From NCBI GenBank assembly GCA_019313915.1, contig JAFDAJ010000008.1, positions 5,973-69,972 on the forward strand: a stretch of 64,000 nucleotides of DNA, read 5' to 3'. The notes under the pieces are model-generated. The model was not told where the DNA came from and made no database searches. It saw only the letters and a program-made list of their open reading frames with translations. Numbering within the stretch: the first letter of the stretch is position 1; every line of letters begins with the position of its first letter. This document shows positions 46,220 to 54,845 of the stretch, piece by piece. A program made the translations under genes and the position numbers. This DNA is from Deltaproteobacteria bacterium (lineage in GTDB: Bacteria; Myxococcota_A; Polyangia; Polyangiales; Houyiibacteriaceae).

Positions 46220-49200
46220 ATGCAGACCACCAAGTTACGCGGCGCGCGCACGCACAACCTCCGTTCGATCGACCTCGATATTGCCCCGGGTACGTACCTC
46301 GCGATCGTGGGGCCCTCCGGTGCGGGCAAATCGTCGCTCGCCTTTCGAACGCTCTACGCTGAAGGCCAACGCCGTTACGTGGAGAGCTTCAGCGCATACG
46401 CGCGTCAGTTCCTAGAGCGGCTTTCCCGGCCTCCGGTCGATGAGCTCGACCCCGTGCCAGTGGGCATCGCGGTGGACCGCCAAGCGCCCGTACGGACCAG
46501 CCGCTCGACTGTCGGAACGATGACCGAGATCGCGGACTACGCGAAGCATCTATGGGCTCACGCAGCGGAGCTCTACTGTCCCGGTTGCGGGGAGCTGGTG
46601 CACCGGGATGCTCCGACACGCGCCGCACAAAGCGTCATGAGCGAGCTTGCCGGGGAGAAGCTACTGGTTACCTATCCGGTCGCGGTGGCCGACAAAGAGC
46701 ACTTCATCGGCGTCCGCGAGAGCTTGCTGCGTGAAGGATACCGCCGGGTCAGGGTCAAAGGGGAGGTGCGCGACCTCGATGACGTTCCTCCGAGCGATGT
46801 GACGAACGGGCGTAGCACCCACCTCGACGTGGTTGCCGACCGGACCATGGCGCGCCCACGAGACCAGGCGCGGTTGGTCGAGGCGCTCGAAGACGCGATG
46901 CGACGGGGCGCTGGGCGGGCCACTGTGTGGTCCGCCGGGGGCGTGGAGCTCGGGTTCTCCGAGGGCCTTCACTGCCCGACATGCGACCGATCCTTTCGTC
47001 GCGCAACACCTGGCTTATTCAGTTTCAACAGCCCCATCGGCGCGTGCGAGACCTGCCGCGGCTTCGGACGCACCATCGAGATCGACCTCGACCGCGTGAT
47101 ACCGAACTACGATCTGTCCCCCGACGACGGCGCCATCCGCGCTTGGCAAGGCAAGGCGACGACCTGGGAGCGCCGCGAGCTCAAGAAGAACGCAAAGAAG
47201 GCAGGGATTCCGCTCGACAAGCCGCTGCGCGAGTGGACCTCCAAACAGCTCGACTGGCTCATCGACGGCGACGCGGTCGGCTACCCAAAGGGTTGGTGGG
47301 GGATTCGTAGCTGGTTCAAGTGGATGGAGTCGCGGGCATACAAGATGCATGTTCGCGTCTTCCTCTCGCGCTACCGCAAGTACGAAAAGTGCGGCGATTG
47401 CGAAGGCACGCGCCTCAAGCAGGAAGCCCTTGCCTGGCACGTCGACGGGCTCAGTCTTCCGCAGCTGTACGCGCTTCCGGCGTCGAACGCCCTGTCGTTC
47501 CTGGAAAAGCAGGAGAAGCGGTTCACCGGCGATGCCGGCGCTACCCTGCTGTGGCGCGAAGCGATCGGGCGGCTTCGGGCTCTGCATGATGTGGGCCTCG
47601 GGTACCTTTCTTTGAATCGGACCTCCCGCACCCTCTCCGGAGGCGAGACTCAACGGGTGGCGCTGACCAGCGCGTTGGGCGCCACGCTCAATGGCGCGAT
47701 GTTCGTGCTCGACGAACCAACGGTCGGTTTGCACCCGCGGGATGTGGAGCGGTTGCTGGGGGTGGTTCGCGCGCTCTCGAAGGATGAGAACGTAGCCGTC
47801 GTCGTGGAGCATGATCCAGAGATGATTCTCGGCGCCGACCGAGTGATCGAACTGGGGCCGGGCGCCGGCGAGAACGGCGGCCAAATCGTCTTCGACGGCA
47901 CCCCAGCAGCGCTGCGAAGAGCCAAGACCGCGACGGGCGCGGCGCTAAAGTCCAATGGGATCGTCCGACGGGCGCGGCGCGAGGCTAAGGGCTGGATGGA
48001 AGTGACCGGTGCCGTCGGTCACAATCTCCGCTTGGTCGACGCGTCGTTCCCCCTAGGCGTAATGACTTGCGTGACCGGCGTCAGCGGCTCTGGGAAGAGC
48101 AGTTTGGTCCTCGAGACATTGCTGCCTGCTGTTCAGCGTCAGCTCGGTGTGAAATCGGACGGCGCCCCGCTCGACCACGACGCGGTGACAGGTTTCGAGT
48201 CGCTCCAGGGAGTGGTGGGAGTTGATCAAGCTCCACTTGGACGAACTTCGCGCGGTAATGCAGCGACATATTTGAAGATTTGGGAGGCTTTTAGAAAGCG
48301 CTTCACCCAGCAGCCGATCGCCAAGGAGCGTGGCTATAAGCCCGGCTTCTTCTCCTTCAATGTCACTGGCGGGCGCTGCGAGTCTTGCCGCGGCGACGGC
48401 GCGGAGACGGTCGAGATGCAGTTCTTGGCCGATGTCGTCTTCAGTTGTCCCGAGTGCCAGGGGCGGCGCTTCGTGGGGCCGGTGCTCGACGTCGAATATA
48501 TGGGCCTCAACATCGCCGACGTGCTCGAGCTGACCGCCCACCAAGCGGCGGAGCATTTCGCCGGCGATGCGGTCCTTTCGCGCTTGCTCGAGCCGCTTCT
48601 AGACGTCGGGCTGGGCTACCTGCGGTTGGGCCAACCCCTCAACACGCTCTCCGGCGGAGAGGCGCAGCGGCTCAAGCTCGCCGAAGCGCTGGTGCGGGCT
48701 ACGCCTGGGTCGCTTCTGGTCCTCGACGAGCCGACAGCGGGGCTTCACGCCAACGATGTCAAACCCTTGATGAAGGTCCTGGACGATCTGGTGGAGCGGG
48801 GCGATACGGTCATTGTGGTCGAGCACGACATGCACGTCGCGGCACACGCAGACCACGTAATCGACCTTGGGCCGGGGGCAGGAGCCGGAGGCGGCCGAAT
48901 CGTCGCGAGCGGGTCGCCCGAGACGGTGGCAAAGAAGATTGCCTCTCAAACCGCCCCATACCTCGCCCGCGCGCTAGGCCGGTCGGGGAAGGGCAAGCGC
49001 GCTGCCAACCGGAAGAAGAGTCCGACGGCCGCCGCACCGCTTCGCGAGATCCGCATCGCTGGAGCGCGTGAGCACAACCTCAAAGACGTCACCGTGCACA
49101 TCCCGCGCGATCAGCTCGTGGTGCTCACGGGGCCGAGCGGGAGCGGCAAGAGCACCCTAGCGTTCGATGTCCTGTTCGCCGAAGGGCAGCGCCGATATTT

Positions 49201-51532
49201 GGAGACGCTTTCGCCGTATGCGCGTCAGTACATGCCGCAACTTCCAAGACCGGCGGTCGACCAAGTCATCGGCGTGCCTCCGTGCGTGTCGCTCGAACAA
49301 CGGATCACGCGAGCAGGGGCGAACTCTACCGTCGCCACGGTGACCGAGGTGTCGCACTACTTGCGGCTGATCTGGGCACGCATCGGCGTGCTGCATTGCG
49401 TGGATTGCGAGGTACCGATCGCGGCCCGGCCCGCCGCGCAGCTGGTCAACGACGTGAAGCGCCGCTTCGCCACCAAGAAGGTGATGCTGCTTGCGCCAGT
49501 AGTGCGCGGCCGAAAGGGTATTCACCGCGAGCTGCTCAAGAAGGCTATGAAGGACGGATTCGCCGAGGCCCGCATCGACGGGGAGCTCCAGACGCTCGAG
49601 GCGGGGATGAAGCTCGACCGGTACACCGAGCACGACGTCGAGCTCGTGGTCGGTCGGGTCTCTGCCAATAGCGCTGCGCTCTTGGGCCTGCTCGAAAAGG
49701 CGTTGGAAGTGGGTGGCGGAGCCGCTTGGGCCATTGCAGGCAACGACGAGATGCAGCTCTCGAGCACGCAGGCTTGCCCTAGCTGCGGTCGCGGTTACCC
49801 GGAGCTCGACCCGAGGTTCTTCTCCTTCAACACGCGGCACGGTCAGTGCCCCGCATGCGAAGGGCGCGGCGAAATCATCAAGAAGAGTTGGCGCGGCCGG
49901 CGGCGCAAACGCGCGGTCGAAAAGCGCCTGTGCGACCAGTGCGACCAGACCCGCCTCTCGCCATTGGCTCGTGGGGTCACGGTCGACGACATGTCGATCA
50001 CGACCCTATTCGAGCAAAGCGTCTCCGAGGCGGTCGCAACGCTTCGGCGCTTCGACCTCGAGGGACGTGACGCCACGATCGCGAAGACGCCCCTTCACGA
50101 AGCGCTGCGCCGGCTCTCGTTCCTCGAAGAAGTTGGGTTGGGCTATCTCGGTCTCGGGCGCGCAGCCAACACGCTGAGCGGCGGGGAGATGCAGCGCGTG
50201 CGGCTTGCGGCCCAGCTCGGCAGCGGGCTCACCGGCGTGTTGTACGTGCTCGACGAGCCCACCATCGGCCTCCACCCGCGCGACACTGGGCAGCTGCTTG
50301 GCGCTCTCCGGGGACTGGTCGATCGAGGCAACTCGGTGCTGGTCGTCGAGCACGACGCCGACACCATTCGCGCGGCCGACCATGTCATCGACGTGGGGCC
50401 AGGGGGCGGCAAGCATGGCGGGCGGATCTTGTCGCAGGGTTCGCTGCGCAAGATGAAGGGCTCGGTCACTGCCGCGGCGCTCGAACGGCCGCCCAAGGTG
50501 CCCGCCAAACGCCGCCCCACGCGGGGAGTCTCATGGTTGGAGCTGACCGGGGTCAACCACCACAATCTCGAAAACGTCGGCGTACGGTTCCCCCTCGAGC
50601 GCTTCGTCGCGGTGACCGGCGTGAGCGGCTCCGGAAAGAGCTCCCTGGTTCGCGAGGTATTGCTGCGCGCGACCCGCGAGGCGGTCGGGATGGTGAACGA
50701 TTCACCCGCTGGCGAGTTCAAGAAGATCAGAGGGTTCGAGTCCTTGCAGCGCGCGATCGAGATCGACCAGAGCCCGATCGGACGCACGCCACGTTCGGTC
50801 CCGGCGACGTACATCGGCATCTGGAACACGGTACGCCAGCTCTTGGCGGGGACGCCCGAAGCCCGCGCGCGGGGCTACACTGCAAGCCGGTTCTCATTCA
50901 ACGTCGAACAGGGCCGTTGCCCCGAGTGCAAGGGGCAGGGCTCCATTCACGTCGAGATGTCGTTTCTCCCCGACGTCGACGTGCCATGCGAGACCTGCAA
51001 CGGAATGCGCTTCACGCCAGAGACCCTGGCCGTGCGCTGGCAAGGCCTCAACGCTGGCCAGCTACTCGCGCTCGAAGTAGCCGAAGCGGTCGAGGTGTTC
51101 TCACCCGTGAAGACGATCCGCCAGCCGTTAGAGCTGCTCAACGAGCTTGGCCTGGGCTATCTGCATCTCGGCCAGCCTTCCAACACGCTCAGCGGCGGGG
51201 AGGCGCAGCGGATCAAGCTCGTCTCCGAGCTAGCGGCCGGCCTCAACACCGGTCCGACCTTGTACGTGATGGACGAGCCGACGACGGGCCTTCACCGAGA
51301 CGACGTAGACCGGCTCCTCGGCGTGCTCGACCGCCTCGTCGAACGCGGCGACACCGTCGCAGTCATCGAACACCATCCCGACGTGATGCTGGCGGCGGAC
51401 TGGATCGTGGATTTGGGGCCGGAGGGCGGGGTGCGCGGGGGGCGGGTGGTTGCGCAGGGGACGCCGGAGACCATTGCCAAACGGAAGCGTAGTTACACGG
51501 GGCAGGTGCTGAGGCGCGAGCTTGGGCGGTAG
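46220..51532 (+). CDS. Tandem-fused double UvrA-like ABC ATPase (two UvrA units, four nucleotide-binding domains)
   Basis: Four Walker A motifs ([36 protein letters not shown]). Four LSGGE signatures. Four Walker B motifs (LDEPTxGLH / MDEPTTGLH). UvrA N-terminal box twice ([12 protein letters not shown]..., [12 protein letters not shown]...). Two C-terminal zinc fingers (CESCRGDG...CPECQGRR and CPECKGQG...CETCNGMR). A basic linker sits around aa 920-940. Confidence 0.9.
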   Translation: MQTTKLRGARTHNLRSIDLDIAPGTYLAIVGPSGAGKSSLAFRTLYAEGQRRYVESFSAYARQFLERLSRPPVDELDPVPVGIAVDRQAPVRTSRSTVGTMTEIADYAKHLWAHAAELYCPGCGELVHRDAPTRAAQSVMSELAGEKLLVTYPVAVADKEHFIGVRESLLREGYRRVRVKGEVRDLDDVPPSDVTNGRSTHLDVVADRTMARPRDQARLVEALEDAMRRGAGRATVWSAGGVELGFSEGLHCPTCDRSFRRATPGLFSFNSPIGACETCRGFGRTIEIDLDRVIPNYDLSPDDGAIRAWQGKATTWERRELKKNAKKAGIPLDKPLREWTSKQLDWLIDGDAVGYPKGWWGIRSWFKWMESRAYKMHVRVFLSRYRKYEKCGDCEGTRLKQEALAWHVDGLSLPQLYALPASNALSFLEKQEKRFTGDAGATLLWREAIGRLRALHDVGLGYLSLNRTSRTLSGGETQRVALTSALGATLNGAMFVLDEPTVGLHPRDVERLLGVVRALSKDENVAVVVEHDPEMILGADRVIELGPGAGENGGQIVFDGTPAALRRAKTATGAALKSNGIVRRARREAKGWMEVTGAVGHNLRLVDASFPLGVMTCVTGVSGSGKSSLVLETLLPAVQRQLGVKSDGAPLDHDAVTGFESLQGVVGVDQAPLGRTSRGNAATYLKIWEAFRKRFTQQPIAKERGYKPGFFSFNVTGGRCESCRGDGAETVEMQFLADVVFSCPECQGRRFVGPVLDVEYMGLNIADVLELTAHQAAEHFAGDAVLSRLLEPLLDVGLGYLRLGQPLNTLSGGEAQRLKLAEALVRATPGSLLVLDEPTAGLHANDVKPLMKVLDDLVERGDTVIVVEHDMHVAAHADHVIDLGPGAGAGGGRIVASGSPETVAKKIASQTAPYLARALGRSGKGKRAANRKKSPTAAAPLREIRIAGAREHNLKDVTVHIPRDQLVVLTGPSGSGKSTLAFDVLFAEGQRRYLETLSPYARQYMPQLPRPAVDQVIGVPPCVSLEQRITRAGANSTVATVTEVSHYLRLIWARIGVLHCVDCEVPIAARPAAQLVNDVKRRFATKKVMLLAPVVRGRKGIHRELLKKAMKDGFAEARIDGELQTLEAGMKLDRYTEHDVELVVGRVSANSAALLGLLEKALEVGGGAAWAIAGNDEMQLSSTQACPSCGRGYPELDPRFFSFNTRHGQCPACEGRGEIIKKSWRGRRRKRAVEKRLCDQCDQTRLSPLARGVTVDDMSITTLFEQSVSEAVATLRRFDLEGRDATIAKTPLHEALRRLSFLEEVGLGYLGLGRAANTLSGGEMQRVRLAAQLGSGLTGVLYVLDEPTIGLHPRDTGQLLGALRGLVDRGNSVLVVEHDADTIRAADHVIDVGPGGGKHGGRILSQGSLRKMKGSVTAAALERPPKVPAKRRPTRGVSWLELTGVNHHNLENVGVRFPLERFVAVTGVSGSGKSSLVREVLLRATREAVGMVNDSPAGEFKKIRGFESLQRAIEIDQSPIGRTPRSVPATYIGIWNTVRQLLAGTPEARARGYTASRFSFNVEQGRCPECKGQGSIHVEMSFLPDVDVPCETCNGMRFTPETLAVRWQGLNAGQLLALEVAEAVEVFSPVKTIRQPLELLNELGLGYLHLGQPSNTLSGGEAQRIKLVSELAAGLNTGPTLYVMDEPTTGLHRDDVDRLLGVLDRLVERGDTVAVIEHHPDVMLAADWIVDLGPEGGVRGGRVVAQGTPETIAKRKRSYTGQVLRRELGR

Positions 51533-51603
51533 CCGGCAGTGTCAGCGTCAGTGCCAGCGCAACATTGACAACAGCATCAGGTTCCCTGTTCGAGCGGGCG
51601 CGA

Positions 51604-52905
51604 CTAGGGCCGCCACTCCAGCGCTACGGAGAGGGATGGGCCGCCTACGTTGTTTTCTTGGACGCTGGTGCCCTGCTCCTCGAACCGTTTGATCATCGCC
51701 CAGCCGACCGCAGGGGTGACGAACAGAGTGCCGGACCCGCCGTTCCCCTTGACTAGGAACCGCGCGCCCCCCGTAAAGAATCCATAGAGCGCGGGCGAGC
51801 CGCCTCCGCCCGTGAAGACGAGCGTGGCTCGCCGATGCACGGGCGCCCAAAACGAGCCTGTCACCGCTCCGAACTGCACCTCTTTGTTCTTGATCGTTGC
51901 CCGGGTGCTCGCAGAAAAATTGAGCCCATCCAGGGGTCCGAAACGCACTGCCTGGGCGATCGCAGGCAGGAAGCTCGCTTGCAAGCCCCGACTCTGATCG
52001 TAGCGCTCGGTGCGCAAGGCCCCGACGCCGAGGCCGAGCGCGAAGTACTGGTGGTCGAAGCCGCCATCGACCCATCCGTCGAACACGCTCTGGTTTCCCT
52101 GCCCCGAGACGATCCCGCCGAAGGCGCCGACGATCGCGCGCACGTAGGCGGGCTTCTTGAAGCGATACGTCACATGAGCGTCTCCGAGCGTGGCGAACGC
52201 GAGGTCGTCGTTGATCGGAAGAAACGGCTGCAGCGAGACGCCGAGAGACAGGCCGCTGGACCGCGGTCGATTGATCAGGCGTGCCAGCTTTGCGTCCGTC
52301 AGAGTAGCTTTCGCGCCAAGCTCGACCGCCTCGCCGAAGCTGAGGCGCACGCGGGCGTGCTCGGGGGCGACTTCGAAGACCTTTCCAACCGTCACGACGC
52401 GCTCGGTTCGGATCTGTTGTCCTGCAACCTCCTGCTCAGCTTCCTCGAGCACCGCGATGCGGTCGCCGACGGCTACTCCGTCTTGCCTTCCCAACGTGAC
52501 GAGGAACGAGCTCGCATCTACCGACACCACTTCGCCTGTGCCGCGCTGGCCCGAGGGGGCAGCTGTCGGTACGAAGGCCGGCAGTGCACCCGCTGCCACC
52601 GTGCTCGGGGCCAAGGCGAGGCCGGAGGCCGGACGGAGCACCACTTCGTGCAGCTCGACGAACACTTCGCCATTTCGCTCGAAGACGTCGACAATCGCAG
52701 TTGGCGCCACCCGACGTTCGAGGACGACGGATGGGTCTTCCTCGGAGCGCACAATGAGCTCCTGGCCACAAGCCAAGTACCGCCGACCAGCGACGACAAG
52801 CTCCTGCTCGGTGAGACAGGCGTTGGGTGCATCCTGAGCACTTGCGGAAACGCTCGAGAGGAGCGTGCCAATCACGAGCGTGTATGCCGAGAGTCGTTGA
52901 GCCAT
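51604..52905 (-). CDS. Secreted hypothetical protein; C-terminal half with beta-barrel-like alternating pattern
   Basis: Start taken at MAQRLSAYTLVIGTLLSSVSASAQD (signal peptide, AxA site). The C-terminal ~230 aa are rich in G/short alternating hydrophobic strands and end ...SLSVALEWRP. No recognised family. Confidence 0.65.
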   Translation of the reverse strand: MAQRLSAYTLVIGTLLSSVSASAQDAPNACLTEQELVVAGRRYLACGQELIVRSEEDPSVVLERRVAPTAIVDVFERNGEVFVELHEVVLRPASGLALAPSTVAAGALPAFVPTAAPSGQRGTGEVVSVDASSFLVTLGRQDGVAVGDRIAVLEEAEQEVAGQQIRTERVVTVGKVFEVAPEHARVRLSFGEAVELGAKATLTDAKLARLINRPRSSGLSLGVSLQPFLPINDDLAFATLGDAHVTYRFKKPAYVRAIVGAFGGIVSGQGNQSVFDGWVDGGFDHQYFALGLGVGALRTERYDQSRGLQASFLPAIAQAVRFGPLDGLNFSASTRATIKNKEVQFGAVTGSFWAPVHRRATLVFTGGGGSPALYGFFTGGARFLVKGNGGSGTLFVTPAVGWAMIKRFEEQGTSVQENNVGGPSLSVALEWRP

Positions 52906-52919
52906 GACGATCTGGTTTC

Positions 52920-52935
52920 TGCAAACCCTGTGCCA
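52920..52935 (-). promoter_or_regulatory. Sigma-54 (RpoN) promoter, perfect core TGGCAC-N5-TTGCA
   Basis: The reverse complement of 52920-52935 reads TGGCACAGGGTTTGCA, with GG/GC at canonical spacing. It is intergenic and points at the ATG at 52905. The predicted start site is near 52909, only about 4 nt before the ATG. Confidence 0.55.
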
Positions 52936-53112
52936 ACGGGAAGAACCCCAAAACGAGGCGCTCACGACATGAGAACTAGAACGGCCCGCGGCTTCCAAAC
53001 CCGCAATTCACGCGGCAAATGCATCGCCAACCCACCTGGCGCCCAGCCCCCGCACGAACCCGTTGCACAAAATCCCCGAAAAGACGCAAACCTTGCAGCC
53101 CCTCCAAACCTT

Positions 53113-53155
53113 CCCAGGCGTCAACCGGGCTTACTCATGCTTGACGCGCCTGGGG
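53113..53155. promoter_or_regulatory. Inverted repeat CCCAGGCGTCAA-N16-TTGACGCGCCTGGGG about 200 bp upstream of the sigma-54 promoter (candidate enhancer/UAS or RNA stem-loop)
   Basis: Read directly. The 12-nt left arm pairs completely with the right arm if a 2-nt CG bulge is allowed. Confidence 0.35.
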
Positions 53156-53253
53156 AGGAGGCCGCGCGGCCGGTGGTTTTTCCCGCGTTTTTGGCACTGT
53201 TGCGGGTGGAGCCGCCGCCCCGCCCCGTGGGTGATGCGCTTAGCCCTTTTAAG

Positions 53254-53273
53254 AAGGGGTTCTGACCCCTTTT
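53254..53273. terminator. GC-rich hairpin AAGGGGT-TCTG-ACCCCTT with flanking T/A runs, immediately after the stop of the 53282-53758 gene (bidirectional intrinsic-terminator-like)
   Basis: 7-bp stem and 4-nt loop. TTTT follows on the plus strand and UUCUU on the minus-strand RNA. It is embedded in a 22-nt-period direct repeat CCCTTTTNAGAAGGG(G)TT x2 (53244-53283). Confidence 0.4.
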
Positions 53274-53281
53274 CAGAAGGG

Positions 53282-53758
53282 TTAGTGGGTTCCTAGTTCT
53301 TTTAGATCCGGCCCCGACCAAAGGGTGGTCGAGAGCCTCCGCTGAAGGTCGGCCGCGGTCAGGCCATGTCGGACCTCACGGACCTGAACGCCATCCGAGG
53401 TGAAGTCGAAGACGGCCACGGGACAAATGAGGCGCGTGATTTGGATCCCTGTGTCGTCCTGCGAGCGGACGAGCGAGCCCAGGTCGTCGAGGGTGGCGGT
53501 GCTCAAGCCGACGACCGGGCAGTCCAATGCAGAAGGATCCGCGTCGGTGCTCGCTCGTCCTTGCGGGGAGACGGCGCTAACTTCGACGAACGCAATCTCT
53601 GCGGGCCCTTGCGCGCTCGCCTGGCCATGCCCTTCGATCGCGCTCCGCAGCGCCTGCGGCAGGCCGCCGCCAAACCAAACGCCCTGTTTGGATTTACACT
53701 CCTGCGCAGCGCGAGAGAGCACGCGCTCGAGGTCAGCTGCGTGCTCTGGCGATGGCAT
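53282..53758 (-). CDS. Hypothetical protein with C-terminal resemblance to CoA-transferase subunit B (ScoB/AtoA-like) tail
   Basis: High third-position GC in this frame. The C-terminal ITRLICPVAVFDFTSDGVQVREVRHGLTAADLQ resembles the end of family I CoA-transferase B subunits. The 5' end overlaps the carA 3' end by 26 nt. Confidence 0.45.
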   Translation of the reverse strand: MPSPEHAADLERVLSRAAQECKSKQGVWFGGGLPQALRSAIEGHGQASAQGPAEIAFVEVSAVSPQGRASTDADPSALDCPVVGLSTATLDDLGSLVRSQDDTGIQITRLICPVAVFDFTSDGVQVREVRHGLTAADLQRRLSTTLWSGPDLKELGTH

Positions 53759-54845
53759 CGGTGAACCGCCGGAAGAGGTAGCGTGAGTCGTGCGGACCCG
53801 CAGCAGCCTCCGGGTGATACTGGACGCTGAACGCGCCCGTCTCGACGTGCTCGATCCCTTCGCAAGTGTTGTCGTTCAAGTGGAGGTGAGTCAACTCGCA
53901 CTTGTCTTTGAGCGAATCGACGTCGACGCAGAAGCCGTGATTCTGGGTCGTGACCTCGATGTGCCCAGTCTTGAGGTCCTTGACCGGCTGATTGAGGCCT
54001 CGGTGGCCGAACTTGAGTTTGTAGCTCTGCCCCCCGAGCGCGAGGCTCATCAGCTGATGGCCGAGACAGATGCCGAAAAGCGGCCGCTGGCCCAGGAGCT
54101 CCCGTACCGTGGCAATGCCACCCGACACCGCAGCGGGATCGCCAGGGCCGTTGGACAGGAAGATGCCGTCGGGATCGAGCGCGAGCACCTCTTCGGCGGT
54201 CGCCGACGCGGGGACTACCGTGACCTTGCACCCTTCGTCGACGAGGCAGCGCAGGATGTTGAGCTTAACTCCGAAGTCCATCGCGACGACGTGCCAAGGC
54301 CGTGCTCCCTCGCGTTGCTCCGACCACACTCCGCTGCCTTCGGTCCATTGGTAGGCCTCGGGTGTCGTGACCTCACCCGTGAGGTTTTGGCCTGTCATTG
54401 GCGGTGCGGCTTTGGCGCGATCGTGAAGCGTTGCCGGGTCTTCGGTTCCGACGGCGGCCATCTGCGCTCCGGCGTCCCGGATGTGGCGAGTCAGTGTCCG
54501 CGTGTCGATGCCCGTAATGCCGACGATGTTTTTCTTCTCGAGGTAAGAATCGAGCGAGTCCTTGGTCCGCCAGTTGCTCTCTACGGCGGACAGCTCGTGC
54601 ACGACGAAGCCACGCAGGGCAGGGCGTTGGGCTTCGCTGTCTTCGATGTTGATGCCGGTGTTGCCGATCTGCGGCGCCGTCATGGTGACGATTTGACCGC
54701 AGTATGAAGGGTCGGTCAGCACCTCTTCGTAGCCAGTCATGCCAGTGGTGAACACCGCTTCGCCCGTCGCCGCGCCCTCGGCGCCAAAGCTTTGCCCCGT
54801 AAAGCGCGTTCCGTCTGCAAGTACGAGGTGTGCCTCTTTGATCAT
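53733..54845 (-). CDS. carA: Carbamoyl-phosphate synthase small (glutaminase) subunit
   Basis: N-terminal LVLADGTRFTGQSFGA. GATase triad context (PLFGICLGHQLM, ...HGFCVD..., ...SVQYHPEA). Confidence 0.95.
   Translation of the reverse strand: MIKEAHLVLADGTRFTGQSFGAEGAATGEAVFTTGMTGYEEVLTDPSYCGQIVTMTAPQIGNTGINIEDSEAQRPALRGFVVHELSAVESNWRTKDSLDSYLEKKNIVGITGIDTRTLTRHIRDAGAQMAAVGTEDPATLHDRAKAAPPMTGQNLTGEVTTPEAYQWTEGSGVWSEQREGARPWHVVAMDFGVKLNILRCLVDEGCKVTVVPASATAEEVLALDPDGIFLSNGPGDPAAVSGGIATVRELLGQRPLFGICLGHQLMSLALGGQSYKLKFGHRGLNQPVKDLKTGHIEVTTQNHGFCVDVDSLKDKCELTHLHLNDNTCEGIEHVETGAFSVQYHPEAAAGPHDSRYLFRRFTDAIARARS

Noticed and set aside
53192-53204. TGGCAC followed by TTGC (TGGCACTGTTGC) on the plus strand; looked like a second sigma-54 promoter.
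   Set aside because: Only 2 nt separate TGGCAC and TTGC instead of 5, so the GG/GC spacing is wrong. There is also no plus-strand gene downstream.
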